IMG/VR virus record: IMGVR_UViG_3300015202_000006
Span: 47 to 64,046 of that record
DNA length: 64,000 nucleotides
From: a virus
Reading direction: 5' to 3' (one strand)
Part shown: piece by piece, positions 27,000 to 37,029 of the stretch
Layout: every line of letters starts with the position of its first letter
Position numbering within the stretch: position 1 is the first letter of the stretch
Notes under the pieces: generated by a model
What the model was told of the DNA's origin: nothing
The model's input: only the letters and a program-made list of their open reading frames with translations
The model's database searches: none
Position numbers and translations under genes: made by a program

Positions 27000-27277
27000 G
27001 CGATACCCCTAATTTTATTTGGAATCGAATGATGACCGTCCGTAAGCAAGCGATGGTCGTTCGTAAGGATAGCGAGGGCAACGATGTCTCCGTACAAGAG
27101 GAGGGCATCGCTAATATGACTCTTAAGGAAATTCTGAGTGAACCCGAGGGCGTTGACCACATGGCCATCCTCGAGTCGGTCCGCGTCGTTGTCCTCCAGT
27201 CTATCCTCATCGCTGAGGCTCAAGTGGCTCAAGCCGAGGCTAACGCAAAGTCGCCAGTAGATGAGAACGAAAAATGA
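26996..27277 (+). CDS. Hypothetical protein (93 aa)
   Basis: ORF track; ATGA-coupled. Confidence 0.65.
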   Translation: MSDTPNFIWNRMMTVRKQAMVVRKDSEGNDVSVQEEGIANMTLKEILSEPEGVDHMAILESVRVVVLQSILIAEAQVAQAEANAKSPVDENEK

Positions 27278-27477
27278 TTGTCGACTTCAGATCCTCAAGC
27301 CTCATTTTTGCGAAGGCTCTTGAAGAGGCGATCAAAGACCGGGGCGCAGAAGAAAACGACGAGCGCACTTTAGAAGATTTTAAGGAAGGGTTCACCGCTG
27401 GCTGGATCCAATCAAAAATTCACACGTTAGATGTTTTAAGTTCATTTCAGAAGGAGTCCCCAGATGGCGAAGAATAA
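27274..27477 (+). CDS. Hypothetical protein (67 aa)
   Basis: ORF track; ATGA-coupled. Confidence 0.6.
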   Translation: MIVDFRSSSLIFAKALEEAIKDRGAEENDERTLEDFKEGFTAGWIQSKIHTLDVLSSFQKESPDGEE

Positions 27478-28561
27478 ATGGATGCAGATGTTGTTGAAGG
27501 ACGAGAAGTCCGTTTTGGCAAGCGAGGCGGTCCAAAAGGGGCGAGTGATTCTTCCGAGCCCATCCCTTAACTGGGCCCTATCGGGAGGATTCTATAAGGG
27601 TTACGCGACCTGCTTGTATGGACCAGAGCAGTCTGGGAAGAGTTTAATCTCTATGATGGCAATTGGTTCGATGCACCAGTCAGATCCAGAAGCCATTGCG
27701 ATGTTGATCTCGACTGAAATGCGCGTGCCTTCAAAAGAACGTCTCATAAAAATGGGCGTGGACCCTGATCGTCTGGTGGTTCGTCAGGTGAATCGACTGG
27801 AAGACGTATTCGATTACATCGCGAGCGTCGATGAGTCGTTTGAGAATACCGACGGTTCCAAAGCCGGTCCCGGACTCTTCTACCTTCTGAAAGAAGGTGC
27901 TCCAATCAAGGCCCTGATTATTGATTCAGTGAAAGGTATCGTCGGAAACCGCGAAAACTCATCTGAATCTGTGGCCAAAGAGATTATGGGCGATTTGTCT
28001 AAATCGCTTGGGCCTGCGCTCCGCAAGATTCTTCCGGTCATCCGCGAGCACGACTTGCTCTGCCTGTTGGTCCAGCAGGTCTCGATGAACATGAATCCTG
28101 ACGAAGTTAAGTATCAAAATAAGAAGTGGATCATTCCATCGGGACAAGCGCTTAAGCACTTTTGCGAAACGATGATGCTGGTCGAACGTGTCGAAAGCAA
28201 AGACAGTAAAATCTTCAGCGAAGACAATTTCTCTATGCGCGATGTCGCCCTTCAGGACGGTCACTCGATTCGCTGTCGCCTTGATAAGCAAAACCTTGAT
28301 GCTCCGTTTCGGGAAGCCCAGTTCCAGGTCCACTACCGCAAGGGTATCGTGAATACGGGCCAAGAAGTGGCGCTACTCGCAAAGGGCCTCGGCGTGATTA
28401 AGCACCCTGTCAATGAAACGACTGGCAAAGAGATCGTCGCTCAGTGGTTGTTCGGAGAGAAGAAATGGATCGGATGGGACCGAATGGTCGATGAGATTGA
28501 AGCCAATCCAGAACTTCAGCGCCAGGTGATGTCGGAGATCCACGATCTTGATCGAAAATGA
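27464..28561 (+). CDS. RecA/UvsX-like recombinase
   Basis: SPSLNWALSGG, GPEQSGKS (Walker A), IIDSV (Walker B), SGQALKH. Confidence 0.92.
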   Translation: MAKNKWMQMLLKDEKSVLASEAVQKGRVILPSPSLNWALSGGFYKGYATCLYGPEQSGKSLISMMAIGSMHQSDPEAIAMLISTEMRVPSKERLIKMGVDPDRLVVRQVNRLEDVFDYIASVDESFENTDGSKAGPGLFYLLKEGAPIKALIIDSVKGIVGNRENSSESVAKEIMGDLSKSLGPALRKILPVIREHDLLCLLVQQVSMNMNPDEVKYQNKKWIIPSGQALKHFCETMMLVERVESKDSKIFSEDNFSMRDVALQDGHSIRCRLDKQNLDAPFREAQFQVHYRKGIVNTGQEVALLAKGLGVIKHPVNETTGKEIVAQWLFGEKKWIGWDRMVDEIEANPELQRQVMSEIHDLDRK

Positions 28562-28715
28562 TCCCCAATTCGTCGTAGAGATTGAAAAAGAGAATCCAAG
28601 TCGGCCCGGGAAATCAAACCGGGTCGTTTTTATGTTTGTAGATGAGGACGACGCAAAGAAGAAGCTGGCTGAAGCTCTGAAGAAAGGACTGAAGGCCAAG
28701 ATCCGTATAAAATAG
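28548..28715 (+). CDS. Small hypothetical protein (55 aa)
   Basis: Hand translation from a TTG with GGAG SD; fills the gap before the nuclease gene. Confidence 0.5.
   Translation: MIENDPQFVVEIEKENPSRPGKSNRVVFMFVDEDDAKKKLAEALKKGLKAKIRIK
28702..28711 (+). promoter_or_regulatory. Phage promoter motif TCCGTATAAA
   Basis: Exact copy; 6 nt to ATG at 28718. Confidence 0.85.
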
Positions 28716-28717
28716 GC

Positions 28718-29725
28718 ATGAGGCTTTTGGTAATAGGTGATGCCCACCTTAAGATCAACATTCTGAGTGAAGCTCGATCGTTCATCGATCAGCTCCTTAT
28801 TCGGATTAGGACCATGGAATACGACCACGTTGTCCTCCTTGGAGACCAGTTCGATACATTCGCGGTCGTCAGAACGGAGGTGCTCGGCCTCTGGACCAAG
28901 TTCTTTCAGGAAGCGTCAAAACACACCAAGGTTATCGCCCTGGTTGGAAACCATGACCTCGCAGGAGCTGAGGGCGGTTCTAACCCGATGGAGCCTTTCA
29001 GTAGCTACAAGAACGTTCGGGTCGTGTCTAAACCTGTCCTAATTGATGGGATGTGGTTCGTGCCCTTCATGCGATCCAACGACGACTTTGCGTTTACTCT
29101 CGCTCACATTGACGAAGGCTCACACGTTTTTTGTCATCAATCCTTTAACGGATGTCAGTTTGAGAACGGTTTTTATGACCCAAACGGAGCCGACGTCCAG
29201 TGTGCCGAGCACCTCGCTTCCGTCATTTCCGGTCACGTTCACAAGCAACAGACCCTCGGTAATATTTGGTACCCGGGTACCCCGTTCCAGCACACGTTCA
29301 ATGATGCTGACGAGGTCAAATTCATCTACGAAATCAGTCTGAGTGCCGAGGGTTACAATGTAACAGATCGAATTATCTTGGAAATGCCTCGTTTTGTTGT
29401 GTTTGAGCAAGAAACAATTCCCGAGCTTCTATTGCAGGTTGAGCGTCTGGCTAGTCCTCAGGCTCACTTTAATTACAAATTTATCGCCAGAGGCACTCCT
29501 TCAGAAATTGCACAGTTCTGGGCAGATCCGAAGGTTAAGGATTTCAAGTCCAAGGCAAAGAGGGTGGTCGATGCGCTCGTCTCGATCAAACCTGACACCG
29601 TTTTAACTCCCGTCACCGGGAAGACCCATCAAGAGAAATTGCACGAATATGTCCAAAACAGAAAATGGCGGACGCAAGAATCTGCCAGACTTATCCTACT
29701 CGCAGAAAAGTACCTCACTAACTGA
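28718..29725 (+). CDS. SbcD/Mre11/gp47-like nuclease subunit
   Basis: GDAH, LGDQFD, GNHD, CHQ, SGHVH, YPGTP motifs. Confidence 0.88.
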   Translation: MRLLVIGDAHLKINILSEARSFIDQLLIRIRTMEYDHVVLLGDQFDTFAVVRTEVLGLWTKFFQEASKHTKVIALVGNHDLAGAEGGSNPMEPFSSYKNVRVVSKPVLIDGMWFVPFMRSNDDFAFTLAHIDEGSHVFCHQSFNGCQFENGFYDPNGADVQCAEHLASVISGHVHKQQTLGNIWYPGTPFQHTFNDADEVKFIYEISLSAEGYNVTDRIILEMPRFVVFEQETIPELLLQVERLASPQAHFNYKFIARGTPSEIAQFWADPKVKDFKSKAKRVVDALVSIKPDTVLTPVTGKTHQEKLHEYVQNRKWRTQESARLILLAEKYLTN

Positions 29726-30095
29726 GTTCCTAGCTGCTGAGCATTTCCTATTTCAAAGCGGGCTCATCACAGCCACTGCAGGCGATAATCTTTTATCCTA
29801 CGCTTACGCCCAGCCCGGTGTTCGGCACGCGACCATTCACATCCCTAATGAAGAAGAGAAGCAAATATCTCAAATCACATTTGAGATCTCGCTCGAAAAG
29901 AAATTTGGGGCTCGTTACGCAAAGCTCCGCGAACTCTGGGATAAACCTGGGCTCTTCAACAAGCTCAGACTCCTCTGGCTCTTAAAAAAAGGAATTCCGT
30001 CCCCAGGCCAGCTCGAAAAAATTATTCAGTTTCATGCAAAAAACTACGTGCCAGCCGGTATCCAGGTAATTGTAAATGTCACAAACTGGTCTTGA
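29649..30095 (+). CDS. Hypothetical protein
   Basis: ORF track; start uncertain. Confidence 0.6.
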   Translation: MSKTENGGRKNLPDLSYSQKSTSLTEFLAAEHFLFQSGLITATAGDNLLSYAYAQPGVRHATIHIPNEEEKQISQITFEISLEKKFGARYAKLRELWDKPGLFNKLRLLWLLKKGIPSPGQLEKIIQFHAKNYVPAGIQVIVNVTNWS

Positions 30096-30684
30096 AATTT
30101 ACACAACTAAGTCTCTCAGCAGTGAAGAGGCTAAAGTTGTTGAAAGCTTTGAAGAACGAGGAAGGCCTGGGGTCGTAAGACTTCGCGTGGATTTTCTTCA
30201 GTCGGTCTACAACCTCGGTTATTCCTGCCAAGAGATCAACTCTCAGATGCCCGAGTATCCGCTAGACGCACTCTTGTGGGCCCGGTGGAAGTACGATTGG
30301 GACAAGAAGCGGGACGACTACCAGGCCTCTGTCCAAAACCGTGTACTTCCAAACGCCACTCACGCTCGTGTAGACGGACTTCAGTTCCTAAGTGAGATCA
30401 TGGGTGCGACCCATGCGATGTGGCGCCAGCAGCTGCTGAAGTATCTTGCGGCCCCAGATCGTGAAAAGGCCCCTGAATTTCTGCCTAAAACACTGCATCA
30501 GTACAGCTCTCTCGCTGCTCTGATGAAGGATCTCATGACTCCGGACAACAAAACCGCAGGTGCAGGCTCCATGGCCCAGCCCTTGGTTTCAGTGAACATT
30601 TCTGGAGACTCAAGGACGGTCGAAGTGAGAGCAGGGGACGTTAAAGACGCACTCAAGAAATCACTCGGAAAAGACAAGAAGTAA
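30076..30684 (+). CDS. Hypothetical protein, candidate terminase small subunit
   Basis: Helical protein TAATG-coupled to the large terminase; call is positional. Confidence 0.5.
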   Translation: MSQTGLEIYTTKSLSSEEAKVVESFEERGRPGVVRLRVDFLQSVYNLGYSCQEINSQMPEYPLDALLWARWKYDWDKKRDDYQASVQNRVLPNATHARVDGLQFLSEIMGATHAMWRQQLLKYLAAPDREKAPEFLPKTLHQYSSLAALMKDLMTPDNKTAGAGSMAQPLVSVNISGDSRTVEVRAGDVKDALKKSLGKDKK

Positions 30685-32594
30685 TGAGTGACGGGAAGAT
30701 ACCACAGGCACTCACTGATGCGGAACTGCTCATGGCTCCGATCTTGGACCGCGAGCATATGCAGCTTTGGATCGAGAAGTTCATCGGCCTAGAGGGTGGG
30801 CTTCCTGATTGCACAGTGACTTCGAAGGCCAACTCAAATCCCCTCGATTTCGTTTATGAGGTCTATCGGGCGGTTATGGACGGGAAACCGCTCGGGATTC
30901 TCGCACTTGCTGGGCGTGATTCGGGCAAGACCCTTGCGTTGTCGATCATCGATCTTTTGGTATTTCTTCACGACAATCGCGACGGCGTCCACTTTGCTAT
31001 GACTAAAGGCCAAGGCCTACGAGCGCGGGTTTATCTCGAACAATTCATACAGCGCATTCCTGCACTTCAGGCGGCTGTCGTAAAACAAAATAATTCCAAG
31101 GTGTCTCTGAACATTAACGGCGAAGAGGTGGGGCTCGAAGTTTTGCCTTGTACCCCGAAGGCCGCTCAGGGAGCACACGCCGCATTTGTTTCATTCGATG
31201 AGCTTGCCTCCTCGATGGATCCGATGAACATACGCGGGTACCGAGATGCTCACGGGGTCGCAGGAACGAGTCGTAAGGGAAAGCCTGCTGTCATAGTAAA
31301 GATCACTTCTCGTCAGAGTTCTGCTTCTTTGGCTGAGGAGGAACTTGAAAACGCACCTCGAAGCGGACTTCAGGTTCGTACCTGGACCACGATCGATTCA
31401 ATGGAGAGATGCCCAGACGAAAGGTCCGGCACCGAGCTAACTCCTCTCTGGATCAATATCATGACTGGCGAGCGGTACACCGAGGCCGAGTTTGAAATGA
31501 TGCCGGTCAGTAACCGCGACGGCTTCGAGCGTTCGGTCGATACGCGGAACAAATGCTTCACCTGTCCAATCGTGTCTCTCTGTCAGGGATCGAGTAAAAA
31601 GCAGACCTCTACGAGCCCCATCCTCCGTAAGGTTGAAGACGTAATTTCAAAATACTCATTTGCAGGCGTCCACGACTGGGGTGTTTCGCAGCTGATGAGC
31701 TTAAAGCCCAACTCCGAATCTCTGGTCTATGCCCGATTTGACAACAAGATCCACGTCGTAAACTGGGACGTGATGTGGGAGCGCCTGACGGGCGAGCCTC
31801 CAAAGAAGCCTGGAGTGACAAGGCAGCAATGGATGGAACGAGCGAAGCGAGCTGGCATTACGTTCATCGCAGGCGTCGACTGGGGTTGGACCAGCCCTTC
31901 CACCTGCGTCGTCCTTGGGATCGACCGTAGAGACAATGTGTACGTCGTAGAGGCTCGCGGTGCCCTTCGTAAGGACGACGCTGAGTGGGTGAAGTTCATT
32001 AAAGACAACATCCATCAGACTTATGACGTTCAAATGTACTGCCCGGATTCAGAGAGCAAGTCAGGCGTTAACTTTTTCCGAAAAGAAGATCTTCCGGTCG
32101 TTGATATCGACAAAGGACCCGGCAGCGTATTAGCCGGCGTAAATTTAGTGAGAGGTTTTGTCCGCGTCCCGGGGACCAACAAAGAGACCAAACTTTTTAT
32201 TGCCTCAGACATCGTTTCTTCAATCCCAAACGTCCCTGGCATCATCGAAGAATTCGCAAAGTACTCTAAAGAGGTCGACGCTGCAGGAAGCGTCCTCGAC
32301 GATAAGTTCAAAAAAGGATTCGACCATTATCTCGACGCTCTAAGATATTGTATTTACTGGTATTTCGGTAAGGCTACCGTCCGCTCACTGATGGGTGAAG
32401 GCGATACAAGAAGTCTCGATTCCCCAAATGCCGATATGGTCGCTCTCGCAAAAGCTCAGGGCATTAACTTCAACGACAACCGCCAAGGCTTCGACCATAT
32501 GGGCCCGCAAGCCGATCCAGACGATGACGACGACGATGACGACGACCCAAATAAAGGCGGCGGAGGGTCCGGCCTTCAATGGGCGTGGACGTGA
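30684..32594 (+). CDS. terL: Terminase large subunit
   Basis: AGRDSGKT (Walker A), FVSFDE (Walker B), GVDWGW and DHYLDALRY nuclease motifs. Confidence 0.92.
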   Translation: MSDGKIPQALTDAELLMAPILDREHMQLWIEKFIGLEGGLPDCTVTSKANSNPLDFVYEVYRAVMDGKPLGILALAGRDSGKTLALSIIDLLVFLHDNRDGVHFAMTKGQGLRARVYLEQFIQRIPALQAAVVKQNNSKVSLNINGEEVGLEVLPCTPKAAQGAHAAFVSFDELASSMDPMNIRGYRDAHGVAGTSRKGKPAVIVKITSRQSSASLAEEELENAPRSGLQVRTWTTIDSMERCPDERSGTELTPLWINIMTGERYTEAEFEMMPVSNRDGFERSVDTRNKCFTCPIVSLCQGSSKKQTSTSPILRKVEDVISKYSFAGVHDWGVSQLMSLKPNSESLVYARFDNKIHVVNWDVMWERLTGEPPKKPGVTRQQWMERAKRAGITFIAGVDWGWTSPSTCVVLGIDRRDNVYVVEARGALRKDDAEWVKFIKDNIHQTYDVQMYCPDSESKSGVNFFRKEDLPVVDIDKGPGSVLAGVNLVRGFVRVPGTNKETKLFIASDIVSSIPNVPGIIEEFAKYSKEVDAAGSVLDDKFKKGFDHYLDALRYCIYWYFGKATVRSLMGEGDTRSLDSPNADMVALAKAQGINFNDNRQGFDHMGPQADPDDDDDDDDDPNKGGGGSGLQWAWT

Positions 32595-32666
32595 AGGTCT
32601 GCGCATTCACCCAGATAATAGACCCAGAGCGCTCATCCAAACACTCACTCTTTCGAAGGTATTTTC

Positions 32667-33593
32667 ATGTCTCTTATTAACGTCAATGTAGCTGTGCTTT
32701 GTTATTCGGATGGTCCCGCATCCAACCAGCCCAACATCCGGCTGGCAGATATTAAGTGGAGTCTGATGGGCCTTCAGACCGACAACTTCCGTAACATGCC
32801 AATCAGTTTGGCTCCTGGCGAACAGCTCGACATTGTCTCGAACGTCCGTACGCTCCCAGCCGCCCCTTCAGTAGTGACTGTTACTCAGTCCGGATCAAAG
32901 ATGACCCTCACTGGCGCTCGCGGAAGCTTCAGGACCGCCCGCGCCTCTGCAAGCGGCGACAACACAACCGCGTGGAGCGTGAGCATCGATGTCTCCGGAC
33001 TCGTCACTCTAGCGTTTCACGGCGGTACCGCACCGGATATGTCCGCAGTTCAGCTCGGAGATCAGGTTTCGCTCGGAACCGCATTTCAGATTTATAATCA
33101 GGGCGACTTCACGGTCCTCACGAAGACCTCCACACAGGTTCAATTCAAAAATCCGCTTGGCCAAACGGAAGCAGGTACCGCAGGACAGGTCTCGGTCTAT
33201 TCGAATGGTCCGGTCCAGGCTGGCGACGTGCTGGATATCTCGGGAGCGCCATTCGCCGCTCCAAACCAAGGCACCTTTCAAATCACTCGAGTTACCGACT
33301 CAACGATCGAAGTTATCAACCAAAACGGCATTGCCCAGGCCTCACTCTCGGGAGCGGCAAGCGTAATCAACGTTTATCCTTTCGCGTTCAAATGGATGGC
33401 AATGGCAGTGGATGGAAAAGTAAAGGTTGGTCTCAACGGAGATGCGCCCGGAAACCTTGAAGTGGAACCGCATGTCGAGGGCGATATCGTTCGTGCGCCC
33501 GGACTATTCATAAAACGCGGCAAGCTGTTTCGATTAAGCATTTTAAATCCGGGCATTATGCCAGTCAGCGGATTTGTAATACTGGCGGAGTAA
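32667..33593 (+). CDS. Probable virion structural protein with an internal duplication
   Basis: Beta-rich; VQLGD...NQGDF and VQAGD...NQGTF repeats. Confidence 0.55.
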   Translation: MSLINVNVAVLCYSDGPASNQPNIRLADIKWSLMGLQTDNFRNMPISLAPGEQLDIVSNVRTLPAAPSVVTVTQSGSKMTLTGARGSFRTARASASGDNTTAWSVSIDVSGLVTLAFHGGTAPDMSAVQLGDQVSLGTAFQIYNQGDFTVLTKTSTQVQFKNPLGQTEAGTAGQVSVYSNGPVQAGDVLDISGAPFAAPNQGTFQITRVTDSTIEVINQNGIAQASLSGAASVINVYPFAFKWMAMAVDGKVKVGLNGDAPGNLEVEPHVEGDIVRAPGLFIKRGKLFRLSILNPGIMPVSGFVILAE

Positions 33594-33595
33594 GC

Positions 33596-34129
33596 GTGAA
33601 GCCGAAGTTCAACGAGAATTCTGCGATAAGAGGTGCGATCAGGCGCATGTTTTCTCGCTCTCCGGTCGTTAGAGAAGTTCAAGCAAAGGTTCGGCGTGAA
33701 GTTCCTAAGTATAACAAAGATGGGTCTAGGGCCAAAAAGAACGCAGTTCAATATCAGTGCAATCTCTGTAAGCAGTGGACAAAGTCGACGGCAATTGCAG
33801 TGGATCACATCGAGCCGGTGATTGATGTGGAGCATGGGTTTACGGACTGGAACGCTTTCGTGAAGCGGCTCTTTTGTGAGGCCAGCAACTTACAAGTGGT
33901 TTGCGATGACTGTCACCAAAAGAAGACCAACAAGGAAAGACACGATCGGCAGCTCCTGAAAGACAAAGAGCTATTGGGGAAACTAGAAAAGCTCTCTGAC
34001 TCTAGTTCGGTGATCGAAGGTCTCAAGAAGTTTACCAAGAAAAAACTTTTGACCTATCCAGCAGAAATTGTAACCCGCGTCTTAGCCCTGAAAGAAAACC
34101 ACGGCAAAGCGAAGCGGGGCAGGAAGTAA
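33596..34129 (+). CDS. HNH endonuclease
   Basis: CNLC, VDHIEP, NLQVVCDDCHQKK. Confidence 0.85.
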   Translation: MKPKFNENSAIRGAIRRMFSRSPVVREVQAKVRREVPKYNKDGSRAKKNAVQYQCNLCKQWTKSTAIAVDHIEPVIDVEHGFTDWNAFVKRLFCEASNLQVVCDDCHQKKTNKERHDRQLLKDKELLGKLEKLSDSSSVIEGLKKFTKKKLLTYPAEIVTRVLALKENHGKAKRGRK

Positions 34130-34132
34130 ATT

Positions 34133-36163
34133 ATGGCCAACATATTCTCTAAACTATACGACTACGCCGATGCTAGCTTGGATAGCCGAATTGGAGGTCT
34201 CCGTAAGGACGACACTGATGCCGGTACCGAAGTCCTTGCCAAGGGCGAAAAGGTCGATGGCACAATTGGCCGAAAAGGCCTGCTTTTTGACCCGATCGTT
34301 GATGTCGCATACGCCAGCGGCGGACTCTATCAGCCAAGAGGCTCCCTTATAACTAACGTTGCGCTTAAGCAGGTATCTCGCAAGAATCCGATCGTAGCCA
34401 TCGCTATCGACGTTCGTGCTTCCCAGGCTGCATCAGCTGCGAAACTCCCTGAGAACCGATTTGAAATGGGGATCGAAATCGGTCCTAAGGTAAAAGGCGA
34501 GCAGGTCGATCCCGAAGAAAAACGCAAGATCGAAGAGTTCATTCTAAATTGCGGGTTTACCGAAAATAGATCAGAACCCGACCGAATGACATTCGATCAA
34601 TGGTGCTACGCGATCGTACGCGACTTCATGATTTATGGTCATGCTGCAGTGGAAAAGGTCCGCAAAAAAGACGGATCGCTATACTGCTTCCTTCCGCTGC
34701 CCGGCGAATCAATTTTCTTCGCTACAAAAGATGCCGATAAAGGAATGATTGAATCGATGAAGGCGTCATTCGCTCTTCGGTTGGATCCCAATAAGGCCGA
34801 AGTAGACGATACGAACGATGACAATATCGAGTACGTTCAGGTCATTGAAGGCAAGGTCGTCGAAGGATTCTCCAGTAAGGAACTCGCGTTTGTTAAGCTC
34901 TACACCGAATCAGATTTGGATCTTCGTTCTTATTGCGTCGGCCCGTTAGAGCGCGCTATTTCCGCAATTATTTCTTCGATGCAAATTGAAAATCATCAAA
35001 GACAGTTTTTTGCGAACGGCACTGCCAGCCGAGGCGTATTCACGATCAACGGCGACTGCACCCCTAATCAACTTCGGACTCTCCAGGCTCAGTGGAATCA
35101 AATCACTGGTCCGGTAAACGCATGGAGAACTCCAGTCCTTGCAGGTATCAAGTCGGCGTCTTTCATTCCCCTGACGATGAGCAACCGGGACATGGAATAC
35201 GCTGCTTACCAAGACCATATTCTACGCATTCTATTTAGCTGTTTCGCAATGGATCCAGAGGAAGCAGGCTTTGGGCACCTCTCTAAGGGTACTGAACAGC
35301 GTTCGATGAGTGAGAGTTCGAACGAATGGCGCATGACTGCCTCCAGGGACCGTGGACTTCGTCCGGTACTTGGACGCATCGAAGCACTTATTAATGAAAC
35401 GATTATTCCGGATGCTTTCGGTAAGGCCGTATCCGAGCGAGTCCATTTCAGATTCGTAGGATTAGACAGCGAAACTCGGATGGAAGAGCTTTCTCGCCAA
35501 CAGGTAGAAGTAAGCCTTCACACCACTCTGAATGAAGCTCGTCGTGAGGCTGAACGTAAGGAACTTCCGATCGGCGGGAACCTCATCCTTAATCCTCTTC
35601 TCCTCCAGATCCTCCAAAACAATATGACAAAAGGTCAGTTTATGGAGCAGTTCATGGGCATTCAGGGTGCTGCACAAGATCCTCAGTACTCCTATCTCCC
35701 GGACCCGATGTGGTTCCAGTGGCAGCAAATGCAGATTCAGCTCACACAAATGCAGTCCGGCGGTGAACCGCAGGATCCAAACGGCGATGACGACGCTCCA
35801 AAGGAAACCGATAAGAAATCGAAATCCAGGTCCGACGACAGTGCAGCGGAAGGCGACGAGCCTTCTGAGGAAGAGCAAGAGGCCGCCCAGCAACAGGCCC
35901 AGCAACAGTCTTCGGCAGTTGAGCAATACATTGCCGCGAACCCGACTCTTTTCAAATCGATGCTCACTAATTGGAAGACCGATAGCGATCTGAAGAAGAC
36001 CGAGTTCAAGCATCGTAAGATCCGAAACGATCATGTCGAGAAGATGACCAGCAGTCTTGTAAAAGACTTCCGCCAGTCCTCCAGCCTTTTAATCAAGGAG
36101 ATTCTGGAAGTGGTTAAAGAAGACATGGATGCGCAGACAAAAAAGCCTAAGAAGGACACCTAA
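34133..36163 (+). CDS. Portal protein
   Basis: HK97-like portal features: FFANG...RGV, NAWRTPVL, CFAMDPEEAG, TLNEARRE; position after terL. Confidence 0.9.
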   Translation: MANIFSKLYDYADASLDSRIGGLRKDDTDAGTEVLAKGEKVDGTIGRKGLLFDPIVDVAYASGGLYQPRGSLITNVALKQVSRKNPIVAIAIDVRASQAASAAKLPENRFEMGIEIGPKVKGEQVDPEEKRKIEEFILNCGFTENRSEPDRMTFDQWCYAIVRDFMIYGHAAVEKVRKKDGSLYCFLPLPGESIFFATKDADKGMIESMKASFALRLDPNKAEVDDTNDDNIEYVQVIEGKVVEGFSSKELAFVKLYTESDLDLRSYCVGPLERAISAIISSMQIENHQRQFFANGTASRGVFTINGDCTPNQLRTLQAQWNQITGPVNAWRTPVLAGIKSASFIPLTMSNRDMEYAAYQDHILRILFSCFAMDPEEAGFGHLSKGTEQRSMSESSNEWRMTASRDRGLRPVLGRIEALINETIIPDAFGKAVSERVHFRFVGLDSETRMEELSRQQVEVSLHTTLNEARREAERKELPIGGNLILNPLLLQILQNNMTKGQFMEQFMGIQGAAQDPQYSYLPDPMWFQWQQMQIQLTQMQSGGEPQDPNGDDDAPKETDKKSKSRSDDSAAEGDEPSEEEQEAAQQQAQQQSSAVEQYIAANPTLFKSMLTNWKTDSDLKKTEFKHRKIRNDHVEKMTSSLVKDFRQSSSLLIKEILEVVKEDMDAQTKKPKKDT

Positions 36164-36168
36164 GTCTC

Positions 36169-37029
36169 ATGGCACTGTCTGGAGATGCACAAAAGAAGAT
36201 CATGGACCTCATCAAGGCTTTCAAGGCGCTGATGAAGCTCAAGTCATCGGGTCCTCAGCGGCTCACTCAGTCCGAGTGGAAGGCGTTGATCAATTCAGAG
36301 TTTTGGAAAAAGGGTAACCCGGAAATCACCGCTCCTGTCGGAGAGGCCTATCTTCTTACCCACCAGCAGGTAGTGGGAGAAAACGGACCCGCTCCTAAGG
36401 CCATGCGCGATGGGGCCATGCAATTCCTTGAGCGGACTATGGAACGATACTCCGGCAAAGCTGTTGATCAGCTTTCCACCGACATCCTCTCTACCGTCGA
36501 AACACAGTTGTTTCCGTTTGAAGACCGCAGGGAAGGCGAGGCTATTTACGAAGCGCTCAAAGACCCTAACATTTATAAGAAGAACCTTCGCTCACTCCTC
36601 GAGGACAAGGTTGATAACTGGACGGCCCGCTACAAGACCGTAGTGAAGACAGAATTGAATCGTGCTTCAAACTGGGGATCGATGGACGCAATCCTCCATA
36701 ATAACCCTGATAAAGAGCCTCATCAGCTGACCGTCTATAAGCAGGGGAATAAGCCTGGCCACGGGGCGTGTAAGTACTGCGAGAAGTTCTGGTACATGGA
36801 CGACAGAATCACACCTCGCACATACCGCCTCTCTGAACTCATCGCCAATGGAAGTAATCTCGGAAAGAAAGCAGCCGATTGGCAGCCCACCGTTGATTCT
36901 ACTCATCCCAACGAATCCCATTTGCTGAACGAACTGCGCCCGGGATTCGGATTCGATAACGGCGGAAATATCACTTACGTCCGTGAAGATCATGACGAGT
37001 ACAAAAAGCAAAAAGGCGACAATGAGTAG
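36169..37029 (+). CDS. Head morphogenesis protein (SPP1 gp7 / Mu gpF-like)
   Basis: VVKTELNRA, ACKYC, THPN pattern; follows portal. Confidence 0.75.
   Translation: MALSGDAQKKIMDLIKAFKALMKLKSSGPQRLTQSEWKALINSEFWKKGNPEITAPVGEAYLLTHQQVVGENGPAPKAMRDGAMQFLERTMERYSGKAVDQLSTDILSTVETQLFPFEDRREGEAIYEALKDPNIYKKNLRSLLEDKVDNWTARYKTVVKTELNRASNWGSMDAILHNNPDKEPHQLTVYKQGNKPGHGACKYCEKFWYMDDRITPRTYRLSELIANGSNLGKKAADWQPTVDSTHPNESHLLNELRPGFGFDNGGNITYVREDHDEYKKQKGDNE

Noticed and set aside
32518-32546. GAC/GAT trinucleotide run as a microsatellite (also near 5885-5910)
   Set aside because: It encodes poly-Asp tails with mixed synonymous codons.
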